NCBI RefSeq assembly: GCF_001194135.2 | Contig: NC_068981.1 | Location: forward strand, 100,541,749-100,605,748 | Reading direction: 5' to 3' | Source of the DNA: Octopus bimaculoides | Taxonomy: Eukaryota | DNA length: 64,000 bases | Shown: piece after piece, positions 51,055-63,215 of the stretch | Layout: each line of letters begins with the position of its first letter | How positions within the stretch are numbered: the stretch's first letter is position 1 | Program-made: the position numbers and the translations under genes | Notes under the pieces: model-generated | Database searches by the model: none | What the model was told of the DNA's origin: nothing | The model's input: only the letters and a program-made list of their open reading frames with translations

Positions 51055-53557
51055 CAGGGGGATGTACCTTATGACAAAATGGAGGGGGATGTAGCTTCAC
51101 ACAATGTATAGGACAACTGGATGTTTCTACGGGACAACCTGCTGAGGGCCACCGACCAGATCTGTGGATGGTGCAAGGTCCCCTCTCGACCTAAAATAAC
51201 ATGGTGGTGGAACAATGTTGTTGACAGGGCTATTAGACAAAAGAAACAGGCTTGGAAAGACGGGAAGAAGGATGGTAGCAGGGAATTGTATCAGACTGCC
51301 AGAAGGGAAGCTTGGCGACAGGTTTATTTAGCCAGAGGGGAGGCAGATAAGAAAAAGTTTGCCAATGTTCAGCGCCATGAGGACCAAAGACTTGAGGTAT
51401 TTCGTGTTGCAAGACAGTGTGTGAGAGAGAATCGTGATGTCGTGGGAGAGAAATGTGTTCGCATGGATGATGGTACGCTTGCACTAAACGAGGCTGCAAA
51501 GAAAGAGGTTTGGAGACGCCACTATGAAAGATTGCTCAATAAAGAGAATGAATGGGAGAGAGAGAGAGTCTGCCGAATGTCGACCCAACAGAGGGACCAG
51601 CTATCCGAGTTGAAAGTACCATGGTAGATAAAGCAATTAAGAGTATGAAGACAGGGAAGGCCCCCGGCCCATCTGGAATCACTGCAGAGATGCTCAAAAT
51701 ATCTGGCAGTGTCGGCTATAGCCTAGTCACCCGTATTGTTAACCAGGCGATACACAAAGGAGTCATACCCAATGACTGGTGTAGCAACACCATAGTCAAC
51801 TGCTACAAAGGTAAAGGTGACGCTTTAGATNNNNNNNNNNNNNNNNNNNNNNNNNNNNNNNNNNNNNNNNNNNNNNNNNNNNNNNNNNNNNNNNNNNNNN
51901 NNNNNNNNNNNNNNNNNNNNNNNNNNNNNNNNNNNNNNNNNNNNNNNNNNNNNNNNNNNNNNNNNNNNNNNNNNNNNNNNNNNNNNNNNNNNNNNNNNNN
52001 NNNNNNNNNNNNNNNNNNNNNNNNNNNNNNNNATTTATCATAGTCCTCCAGGCTATAACAGAGGAATTCAAGACAGGATGCCCCTGGGAGCTCCTCTATG
52101 CTGACGACGTTGCACTAATTGCTGAGTCACTATCAGAACTAGAGGAGAAGTTTCAGGTGTGGAAGCAAGGACTAGAATCGAAGGGCCTTAGAGTGAACCT
52201 AGCTAAAACCAAAGTCCTAATAAGTAGGAAGGTAGACAAAACACAAACCCCCTTCAGGTAGATGGCCCTGCTCGATCTGTAGAAAAGGCGTGGGTAGGAA
52301 GTTTATAAGATGTACCCAGTGCAAGCTATGGACACATAAGAGGTGCAGCAATATCAAAGGAAAGTTAACTAGGAAGTTAGTTTTCATTTACAGCAGATGT
52401 TCAGGAGCTATAAATACTGTAAATGTGCAGAAAACAACATCTACTACATTCCAGGGAGTAAATCTAGAAGTGGTTGATAACTTCTGCTATCTTGGTGACC
52501 AAGTTAGTAAGTGGGGAGGGTGTGCTGAATGTGTAGCTGCTAGAATAAGAATAGCTTGGGCAAAGTTCAGAGAGCTCTTACCTCTGCTGGTGACAAAGGG
52601 CCTCTCACTCAGAGTAAAAGGCAGACTCTATGACGCATGTGTACGAACTGTCATGCTTCATGGCAGTGAAACATGGGCTGTAACTGCTGAGGACATGCGT
52701 AAGCTCGCAAGGAATGAAGCCAGTATGCTCTGATGGATGTGTAATGTCAGTGTGCATGCTAGACAGAGTGTAAGTACCTTGAGAGAAAAGTTGAACCTAA
52801 GAAGCATCAGCTGTGGTGTGCAAGAGAGACGTTTGCGCTGGTATGGGCATGTGGCGAGAATGGATGAGGATAGCTGTGTGAAAAAGTGCCACACCCTAGC
52901 AGTTGAGGGAACCTGTGGAAGAGGTAGGCCCAGGAAGACCTGGGATGAGGTGGTGAGGCACGATCTTCGAACATTGGGCCTCACCGAGGCAATNNNNNNN
53001 NNNNNNNNNNNNNNNNNNNNNNNNNNNNNNNNNNNNNNNNNNNNNNNNNNNNNNNNNNNNNNNNNNNNNNNNNNNNNNNNNNNNNNNNNNNNNNNNNNNN
53101 NNNNNNNNNNNNNNNNNNNNNNNNNNNNNNNNNNNNNNNNNNNNNNNNNNNNNNNNNNNNNNNNNNNNNNNNNNNNNNNNNNNNNNNNNNNNNNNNNNNN
53201 CCTATTGAAGCAAGCGAAAGCAAAATCGTGATGGCACCGGTGCCCTGGCACGTGTAAGGACATTCGAGCGAGATCGTTGCCAGTGCCGCTGGACTGGCTC
53301 CCGTGCAGGTGGCATGTAAAAGACACCATTTTGAGCGTGGCCGTTGCCAGTACCGCCTGACTGGCCTTCATGCCGGTGGCACGTAAAAGTATCCACTACA
53401 CTCTCGGAGTGGTTGGCGTTAGGAAGGGCATCCAGCTGTAGAAACTCTGCCAAATCAGATTGGAGCCTGGTGTAACCATCTGGTTCACCAGTCCTCATTC
53501 AAATCGTCCAACCCATGCTAGCATGGAAAGCGGACGTTAAACGATGATGATGATGAT
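51055..53557 (+). mobile_element. 5'-truncated RTE-clade LINE (RT, PHD-type finger, C-terminal region, 3' UTR, (GAT)n tail)
   Basis: KAPGPSGITAEMLK, CYKGKGDALD, PWELLYADD (YADD at 52097-52108), MLHGSETW, RRLRWYGHVARM, GRGRPRKTW. Contains frameshifts, stops and two N gaps. Confidence 0.95.
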
Positions 53558-53875
53558 ATATAGTATTTTATTACATCAAGCATATACTGCATAAAACTTT
53601 TTAATCTGATATAAAGCTACATTACATGTTAATAATTTGAATCTCTCTATAAACCCTTTGAATCTAATTTTTTTTCTTTTGTATAGTCTTTTTTTTTAAC
53701 CTGAGAGATGATTGTGTTTTCACTATCTACAAAAAGAAAGCACATAGGGCAGATAGTGGCGACTATAGAGAAATCTCTGTGCTATTAGTCACTGGAAATA
53801 TTGTAGGCAGCATCCCTAATCATTGGCTTAAACTACTAACAGAGAAGTTTCTAATAAGACTCAATTAGCTTTTAC

Positions 53876-55174
53876 CTATCAAGAGAAGATATGGATATAA
53901 TCTTTAAAACCTGTCAGATCTAAGAGAAGTGTTAAGAACAGAATCAAATCCTCTACATAATCTTTAAAAACCTCTTCATGCCCTTCAGCAGTGTCTCCTA
54001 TGATTTTCTTCAGAAGATCCTTGATATTTTTTGATATTCTGCTAAGTTCATCATGATCCTAAGACTTCTTCATAGCAACATGGTTGCTGCTGTTCTGGTC
54101 TGTCATAGAGTCAAACAGAGTTGTTGCATTATCCCAGTGTTTTTGTTTCACTATATTTATCACAGCCATCTTCAGAACTTCAGCAACTTTGGTGACATGG
54201 AGAGTCATCCCTTGGTCATTGTTAACAATGATTGAAAACCCCAACATCATTTGAAATATGCAAGAACTGCTTTTAGGCACCTTTGGACATGGACTTTTCA
54301 CAACCAAGACATTCAGATTGCTATGAAGTCCTTGTATTCTCAAAGTCTTCCTGTGTAAAATAGTTGTTATCCCCATCTACCATTGACATCTGACTTTATT
54401 GAGGGACTTTCACAAGCACTATCTTCATAGCATTCTCATGATCATCTAGGAAAGCTTTTGAACCAATATTAACATCTTTCAAAGAGGAAATACTACCAGT
54501 ACTGAAGCAGCTAGCATTAAGAACTGCTTTCAGTAGGCAGGACACATTCTTCAAAGGGAGAACAACTGCTTCCGCTAGAAAATTTGTAGCTAGCTGAGGG
54601 AATATAAATGAACAAGGCAAAAACAGCTGAACAACATCTTGAATGCAACATTCAAAAGCTGTAGCATGAACATGAACAACTGAAAAGTTCTGGTTCATGA
54701 TGGGGCAGCCTAAAGTTTCTTCATTCATCAAAGAGTAGACTGCTATGTATGATCTCATCAAAAAGATTGTTGGGGCAAGAGGGAGACAAATAAAATCAAA
54801 ACTCACTACCAAAACCCATTCAGCCTTCTGTACTTATCTATTCTCACTGTCAGAAGATCCATACCATTAGGATAGGACTTACTCACTTGCACACACATCA
54901 ATAATCTCTGACCTAGAAAACCATCTCTTGAATTACCAAGAGTTAACCAATATATCTTCATGAAGGGGATAATTTTCGATGCTGGCAAACTTACAAAGAG
55001 ATATAAGGCTAATTATGAGTTGTTCTACATATGATATTTCTGCCAGTTAACAAAAGTACTTGGCTTGACTTTCTAGTATGAATTTCCTTGACTCTTTTCA
55101 TGACAATAGGGAATAATTTGATGGAGATTTGTTTGCTAGTTCTAACAGGTCAAGTTCTTTCTTTATTGGTTCCC
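53876..55174 (-). pseudogene. Unclassified decayed reading frame
   Basis: One frame is largely open from an acceptor-like tttttttcag at 55175 through the 138-aa ORF. A second frame, 54376..53876, has a single stop in about 165 codons. No family recognised. Confidence 0.4.
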
Positions 55175-55946
55175 CTGAAAAAAATAGTTGTACGAGAAAA
55201 GCAATTTATTAAAGCTGAGGGACTTAAAGTCACAACAAAAGAAAGTCAATGTCTTTCACATCTATTCTACCTTAAATGAAGCTCTGACCTACTTCTTGTA
55301 TAATAGATGTGTCTTTTCATAACATATCTGTGGCAGCATAAGGCATATGGTTATGCAATTATCAAATTGTTACACACTCATGCAACTGGTACTTAATTTA
55401 TTGACTCTGAAAGGATGAAAGGCAAAGTGACCTCAGCAGAATTTGAACTCAGAACATAAAGACAGACAAAATACCACTGAGCATTTTTCCCAGCATGCTA
55501 ACGTTTCTGCCAGCTTGCCACCTTCCACATATATAATATTAATTATAGTTTGGGCTTTGGCAGTCATGGACACAGCAGAGGACTTGATCAGATGCATTGG
55601 CATATTTAATTTTGTTTTTTGAGTTATAAGTTCAAATCCCATCAGGGTTGGCTTTATCTTTCATCCTGTGGGGATGAATAAAATATATAATAATTATACT
55701 TTCTTCTATCATGTTACACTCAGTGTTGCACTTTAAAAAGTTTGTTGTTTTTAAAACTTCTGTGCCTTTTATTTATTTATTTATTTTTGCATATACTAAA
55801 AAATTATTTTTCTTTTATTTTTGGCTGAAATATCTTAAACCTTCAAGAAGAATCAACTTTCAAACGCTAAAATTATATATTAGAAAACAATAACTGGGAC
55901 TTCAGCATTTATTATACCCATTACTCTGTAAATCAAAGAATTTTCA

Positions 55947-56029
55947 ATGGGTGACGAATTCTTTGGGCCCTACCTCTCTGAACGCCAGTGGGGGACTGTC
56001 CGTGAAGACTACTCATTTTCTGGAGACTG
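55947..56029 (+). CDS. YMR196W-type / GH63-like glycosidase, coding exon 1 ([27 protein letters not shown])
   Basis: Family hallmark [17 protein letters not shown], in-frame TAA at 55929 upstream of the ATG, donor TG|gttagt (phase 2). Confidence 0.85.
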
Positions 56030-57456
56030 GTTAGTATCTTTTATCTTTTACTTGTTTCAGTTATTAGACTGTGGCCATGTTGGGGCACCACCTTGAAGAA
56101 TTTTTAGTTGAATGAATTGACCTCTGTACTTGTTCTTTTTTAAGCCTGTTACTTATTCTATCAGTCTGTTTTGGCAAACTGTTAAGTTACTGGGATGTAA
56201 ACACGCCAACACTGGTTGTCAAGCAGTGCTGGGGGGACAAACACAGGCACATACACTCACACATGTATATAACAGGCTTCTTTCAGTTTCCATTTACCAA
56301 ATCCACTTACAAGGCTTTGGTCAGCTTGAGGCTTAGTAGAAGACATTCGCCCAAGGTGTCATGTAGTGGGACTGAACCTGGAACCATGTGGTTAGGAAGC
56401 AAACTTCTTACCACACAATTCTTATCAGCTTGAAATAGAAGTATGTGTTCAGTTATTTTATAATGAACTGTCCTAAGTCTGTTTAAAAGCTTCATAAATC
56501 AATTTTCCATTAATGCTTCATTAATAATGGGCTAACCTTAATTCTGTTGAGAATCTTCAGATTAATTTTTCATAATTAAATCTTACTTCAAGAAAATAAT
56601 TTTTGAATCTTATTTTCTTTATTTGTAAAATGACATTGCTACTTAGGTTATTACTAGACCACTGGGCAGCAACTGTTGATCCCATGTTCCATAAGTAAAA
56701 TTAACAGACAAATAGGACCACTTTTATATGACTATTGAGAACACCCTCATCATTATGAGATTATTGCAATACAATCTCATATGGTCAATCACTACAGTTA
56801 GTACACAGTTATACAGAGACTAAGGTCTTGATATAATTAAAGAAAATAAGTGTAAAGTCCTTTCAGTTCAGTGATATAAATCATTTTACTGTCCATGGCT
56901 GAAGCTTTGGATAGCCAGTCAAGCAACTGCTCACTTATTGGTCAAGTGAGCTTCAAATTTCTGACCCAAATACCTCACAGGTTAAAATGGGTAATAGCAC
57001 TGAATCAGTCCTGTATACTGAGGTTCATTTTGGTTTAAAAGCAATAAGGTTAAAAGAGCTGAAACCTGCAATAGGATTGGGATTTGAACAAAACTAATGG
57101 TAGTATAGCATAGTACATATGCAACAAGTGATAAAACAGGTTTATAAAATGGGGGTTTATAAAATCTATGGCTAAGAGAAAAATCTAAGTTCAATAGTGA
57201 GAGAGAGTGTTTAAATTAAACTGTGCTGAATTTGAAACCGGTTGTATAGCCACTAGTTAGCTTTGAATGAGCAGATCTATGATCAAAGGTGTTCTAGCTA
57301 TGACTATCCCATCTTTTTTATACAGCAAGGACTACATTATCCACTGTATCCCTTATTGGGCTGCAGTTTGCCCATGACTGTCATAGAGATTCTCTTGTAT
57401 CATCAAGCTAATCAAAAAAAAAGATGTCCATGTATAAAGGTGCAATTTGAATATGA

Positions 57457-57497
<41 letters not shown>

Positions 57498-57623
57498 CGA
57501 AAAATTGAGATTCAGATGAAATAGGTACCAAAATTGAGGCACCAAAAATTAGTGCGGTATTATCTGTACAATTTCAAAATAAGGCAAATAAAATCAAAAT
57601 AAGCAACAGGATATCCAGAGGTG

Positions 57624-57711
57624 ATGCAGTACGACCGTTTCAAGTGGCTCCATTTAATTGAACAATGCAATCATTACATCAGTTTAAATGCAGAGCTATC
57701 CTCAGCTGCAT
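57624..57711 (-). ncRNA. Type I hammerhead-ribozyme-like motif (Penelope-type minimal stem III), best-preserved copy
   Basis: AUGCAG-CUGAGGA-[57-nt hairpin]-GAA-ACG-GU-CGU-A-CUGCAU. The 6-bp stem I is perfect; stem II is closed by a non-canonical U.U pair. Confidence 0.65.
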
Positions 57712-58868
57712 AAATAAATAAATAGAATTAATTTAATCAGTCGGACACAGTTGTATAATTTTACTTAAATCCTCCAAGAGAGTAAGAAAACAGACAAAGT
57801 CCATGCTGTTTTCACTTCAGCTTAGAAGCTACTAAGACATCAAGACAAAAAAGAAACTTGTTTGGGTTCTAGCTTGTCACTGATTTTTGGGTGGTTTTGA
57901 TTTATAGTCTTGTTTATCAAATCTTTATATTATATCAAAATCTAAGACTATAGGAAAGGGCATGAGGAAGTTGACAGAATCATAGTGGATATAGTCATAA
58001 AACTTGTCAAAGTTTATTTTGAAGTAGTATAATGTAACTAGCTATAATGAGGTTTGGTAAAGGAAGATCTTAAATCAAGATGTTAATTATCACTTAAAGG
58101 GGCAAGACTCTAATAAAACCAATGATGATAATACAGGGGAAATTTTTTATCATGGGGGGACTATAGTTGAATGATTTAAACAATATCGTTATATTATATA
58201 AAGATAAAATTTAGGGTTATCAAGAAAAAATATTAAGAAAATATTATAACCAAAAAGATACATTTTTGAATAATTTTGAGTAATTTACAAAAATAGAGAG
58301 AGAGAAAAAAATTACATAGAATTAGTTTAATATTTTTTCATATACTTAAATATTTACTTATTAGGTGGTATCTGTGAAGATTGATCACTGGCATTTAATA
58401 AAGGAATACTGGGGCGATAGAACATGCTAACTATATAATAAATATAATCTAAGAGGTATATTATAAGTTGTGAAGTTACATGTGCTGTTATATATAAGCT
58501 GATATAAATTTCTAGAGATACAAAAATTAGGTTTACTTACATAAAGGCTATTATAAATATGGGTCAGTAGGGTAGAACACCACAGAAAGAAAGAAATAGT
58601 TTAATAACTAAAAACCATGATGAAGTGTATATACCTTATTATCATCAATAGAAAAGAGATTATTATATAGAATTTCATTAATAATTCAAACATTTAAACT
58701 AAATTATTTATTTATTAGGTGGTATCTATAAAGACTGATACCTGGTATTTACTAGAGGAATATTGAGGCTATAAAACATACTAATTTTGTCTGTCTTCTT
58801 ACCCTCTTAAAGGATTTAAGTAAAATTATACAAATGTGTCCCACTGGTTAAATCAATTCTATTTATTT

Positions 58869-58956
58869 ATGCAGCTGAGGATAGCTCTGCATTTAAATTG
58901 ATGTAATGATTACATTGTTCAATTAAATAGAGTCACTTGAAACGGTCATACTGCAT
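58869..58956 (+). ncRNA. Second hammerhead-like motif (inverted copy) with a G-to-A change in stem III
   Basis: ATGCAG CTGAGGA ... GAAACGGTCATA CTGCAT; the C15.2 partner is A instead of G. Confidence 0.55.
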
Positions 58957-58989
58957 CACCTCTGGATATCCTGTTGCTTATTTTGATTG

Positions 58990-59036
<47 letters not shown>

Positions 59037-59115
59037 CATATATGTATANNNNNNNNNNNNNNNNNNNNNNNNNNNNNNNNNNNNNNNNNNNNNNNNNNNN
59101 NNNNNNNNNNNNNNN

Positions 59116-59178
<63 letters not shown>

Positions 59179-59504
59179 TACATACTTACACACAAACAAA
59201 AATACTCTGTTGATGTTGAAATTCCAATGAAGGAGTCTTGAATCTAGGTTAGAAACCGGCTCTTCCTCTATTAGCAAGAAATCTTGAAATAAAACTGAAC
59301 AATGACATACATACATACATATGTGTATATGCATATTTATGCATGTGTGTGTGTGTGTATGTAGCAGTTCTTGAAAATATTTAACTTCAATTATCTTTAA
59401 AGAAAAGGAGATTGTGAAAAGCATTTAAAACATGAAAAGTGTTAACATGTTTAATTATTTTTCTTTTTCATTTCTTTTCATCTTCCTCTATATAATTTCA
59501 ACAG

Positions 59505-59673
59505 TTGGAAATATTGTACACATCATGACTCTCTCAACACAGTTTACCTTCATGGAGAAGATGGCTTGTTTGGCTGGTCTGATTATAAAGCCAAATTATG
59601 TGCATCTGTAGCATTATGGAATGGAAAAGATACTATACTTAAAGAGAGGTTATTTGGGCTTACTGGGCCTCAG
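59505..59673 (+). CDS. YMR196W-type / GH63-like glycosidase, coding exon 2 (WKYCTHHDSLNTVYLHGEDGLFGWSDYKAKLCASVALWNGKDTILKERLFGLTGPQ)
   Basis: Polypyrimidine tract plus caacag acceptor, CAG|gtaatt donor, phase matches exon 1. Motifs GEDG, ALWNG and ILKERLFGLTGP are present. The expected next exon (GNHGEDVKE) was not found in the window. Confidence 0.9.
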
Positions 59674-62440
59674 GTAATTCATTTGAAGTATTTTTAATCT
59701 CTGTTCTTTGACAAGTTTATGTTTGAAACAATTATTTATGCAGTAAATGGCGGTGCCCCAGCATGGCCACAGCTCATGAGCTGAAACTAGATAAAATGAT
59801 AAAATGAAATGAGTACTAAAATGTACAATATTTCAATACTTTCCCTTGTAAACATTTTTAGTGGCATGTTTGTTTATATACTTTTTACACGCTGAATGTC
59901 ATTAACTGTTTGACATGATTGTGAGTTTGTTTTTTTTTTACACCTGAGTGCACTCCCTATTCTCAATCACTCATGCATGAACTAAGAAAAATACTTGTTA
60001 TTTGTCAAGATTACATAATTGTACCAAATTTTGCTCATTGAATTTATTGTGTTCATTGTATCTTTCCCTGTTTATCTTGCTGAAAATGTATTGCTGAATG
60101 TTTAATGGTAAGAATAGCATTCATCCAATTGTTAATATTCTCACTCAACAATTCACAATTAAGTATCTGAATTTGCAAAAGAGATATATATGGACCCGAG
60201 CCTGGCCATATGGTTAAAAACTTTGCTTTGCGATCATAACAGGTTCTAGGTTCAAGTTCAGTACACCACACCTTTAGCCAAATGTTTTCTACTATACCCT
60301 TTTTGGTTAACTATGATTGAAATGTTAGTGACAAGAACTGTGTAAAAGCATGTTTGTTGTTTGGTTAAGAACTTTGCTTCTTAACCACATAGTTTCAGGT
60401 TCAATCCCAGTACATGGCACCTTGGGCAAGTGTCTTCTATTATTGCCCTGGGTCAATCAAAACTTTGTGAGTGGATTTGCTTGATGGAAACTGAAAGAAG
60501 CTTATTGTACATATGTGTATATATATACGTGTGTGTGTGTATCTTGTTCGTCTTGATGTCACATGATTGTTATACAAGGATGTTATTCATTTACGATATT
60601 CTGTGAAAACATGTCTGGCCACAGGGAAATATTACCTTGCTTGGAAACAGGTAAGGGTTGGCGACAGGAAGGGCATCTAGTCATGGAAAAGTGGATGTTA
60701 CCGAGAAATTTATAGAGAGCAAAAAAAAAGCTTCTTCTAAAAAAAAAAAAGCTTCTTCACTATAGAAACCATGCCACAACAGACAGTTGAGTAAGATTTG
60801 ATTACTTCTTCTAGTAGGTCTAAAAACCATTTAGAAGCTCCCCCATGTTGTTTTAGAAGTAGTAACTGCAGGAGCAGCAATGAAATGAAGTCTGTGAACT
60901 GGAATCTTTCAGATGGCTCACAAAATGGAGTGAATAGTTTCTTTTTCTTGTAAATAAGCACAGTAGTTCATGTAAGTTTATAACATGTTTATTCTTATAT
61001 AATATACATACATACATATANNNNNNNNNNNNNNNNNNNNNNNNNNNNNNNNNNNNNNNNNNNNNNNNNNNNNNNNNNNNNNNNNNNNNNNNNNNNNNNN
61101 NNNNNNNNNNNNNNNNNNNNNNNNNNNNAAATTCAAATTACAACAAAAGTAAATAAACAAACGCAAATAAACAAATGAAGTTTGCTTTTCGAAGCGTTGA
61201 GATGTCTTTTAGAAAGTTAAAGAAGTGATTTTAAATTCTCAATCGCAGAATAATGCTAATAATATAGCCTGAACAGGATAAACTACCCCTATTTTGCAGA
61301 GAAAACTGTAGGTGGCTAGCTGTGGACACGAACTCACATCCCCATGATTACATGTCACGATGCTTTGATCGATTAAGCTAAACTACCCACTACAAATTCC
61401 TCTGCAAATTAAGATATATAAATCTCGCTTTATGAGATGCTCTCATATGTTAAATTCAAATTACGACAAACGTAAATAAACAAACGAAGTTTGCTTTTAG
61501 AAGCGTTGAGATGTCTTTTAGAAAGTTAAAGAAGTGATTTTAATATATATATATATAGTTGGAAGTCAAGAAGAGTTCAGATTTTGAAAAGTTCATAATA
61601 GTTCAGGTGCAGATAGGTACTTTCCAGGATATGAAATCCATAGTGTTGCTGAGATATAGTTTGGTGTGTAAATCAGTGGTGTCAGAGGTGAAAACCTTGG
61701 AATTGATAGAAAAGTCATGTGCAGCTAGTCGTTTAAGGCTGTTTCTAGAATAGTTGTGCAGTTGGTTTAGATCTTTGCATGTTGTCCACACTAAGTTCAG
61801 GAAGTATATGGTGTAAAGTATGTGTGGCTACATGGTAATGGGACATAGGACATAGACTCATTTCTCTCTCACCTCTGTAGAACAGAAGCTAGAGTGAAAT
61901 GAGTTGAGAACAATTTTTTGGATATGTTGCATTGACTTGCATGAAAGGAATGGTAATATATTGTGTGACAGACGTTGCAAACCCATACCTTAGAATGACA
62001 AACAGATGTTAAAACAAAGACAATAAGGGTTTCTTACAAAACAATAACGAAATCAAAATTGGGTTGCAGTTTGCTCACTATTTAGGTTGCATTTTTAATA
62101 AATTGCCTACAAATATCCATTTCAAAAACGAAAAAAAAGAAATTTGAAATTTAAATAAAATGATTCTTCACATGAAAAAAAAAAGATAAGTAAATTTTCA
62201 TCTTAAAATTAAAACAAAGTAGTTTCTTGTTAATCGTTTGTTTATATTGTCTTTTCAGTTAATTATCATTATGATACTGACTCCAATGATAATATGCTTT
62301 GCACTTAATATTTTTATTTCATTGTTTCATTTTTTTCAACGTGTACATAATATTTAACTTCCTTGTTAAAACTAAATTCCAGTATATTTTCTCCATTAAT
62401 CATTGCCATAAGGTATCATGCAATTTTACAGCATGTAGAT

Positions 62441-63215
62441 CAGTGGTTCTCAACCAGGGTCCATACAAGATTTTGTTGTTAAAATTAATATGCAATGTGG
62501 TGAGAAGAGGTGAGAAAAGGTTTACAAACTTTGAGATTCACAGAGGGGATGACAGGGAACTGACACTCCTGGCAGTTTGCTGTGCTTGAAAAGACACATC
62601 CCAGCATGCAGGCTCATCCCTTACAACCCCTCCAGCTGAGCATCCCTAATCTTGTGGGCTCATAAGTGCACCTGCAGCAGTACTGTGTAAAAGCACCCAG
62701 TACACTCTGTAAAGTGGTTGGCATTAAGAAGGGCATCCAGTCATAGAAACCATACCAAAACAGACATGGAGCCTGAACAGCCCTTCAGCTGGCCAGCTTC
62801 TGTCAAACTGTCCAACTCATGCTAGCATGGAAAACGGACGTTAAGTGATGGTGGCGGTGGCAGCGGCGGCGGAAGAGGAGGAGGAGAAGAAATTGGTTAT
62901 ATTTCTCCAATACACAAAATATTTTAACATTTTTTTTTATACAATTGCTAATAATATTTCATTATAAAAATATAAGAGAATTTCTTTAAACATCGAATGG
63001 CTATGGGATCCACCCAAGTAAAATAGGAACCAGAAGGTCCACAAGCAAAAAATGGTTGAGAACCACTGGTATGCAGTGGCACACTGGTGTGCCATGAAAC
63101 GATGCTAAGTGTATCGCAGTGTAATACTTTTAGTCATATTTTTAGTTCAGGTATGCCACTGAATTTTGGAAAGAATATAAATGTACCACAAGTGAGATAA
63201 GGTTGTGGAGCACTG
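62441..63215. mobile_element. Two adjacent hAT MITEs (62441..63068, containing an RTE 3' end, and about 63074..63215)
   Basis: CAGTGG...CCACTG and CAGTGG...GCACTG termini. Outer flanks atgtagat / gtctagat fit the NTCTAGAN-type target. Confidence 0.7.

Noticed and set aside
54760-54900. Faint AAA-ATPase-like words (WYGSS...APTIF-DEI) in the decayed frame
   Set aside because: It requires frameshifts, and no Walker A motif or second region of homology is present.
59218-59262. CCAATGAAG...GAAACCGGCTC, loosely hammerhead-like
   Set aside because: The core differs from CUGANGA at two essential positions and has no convincing stems.
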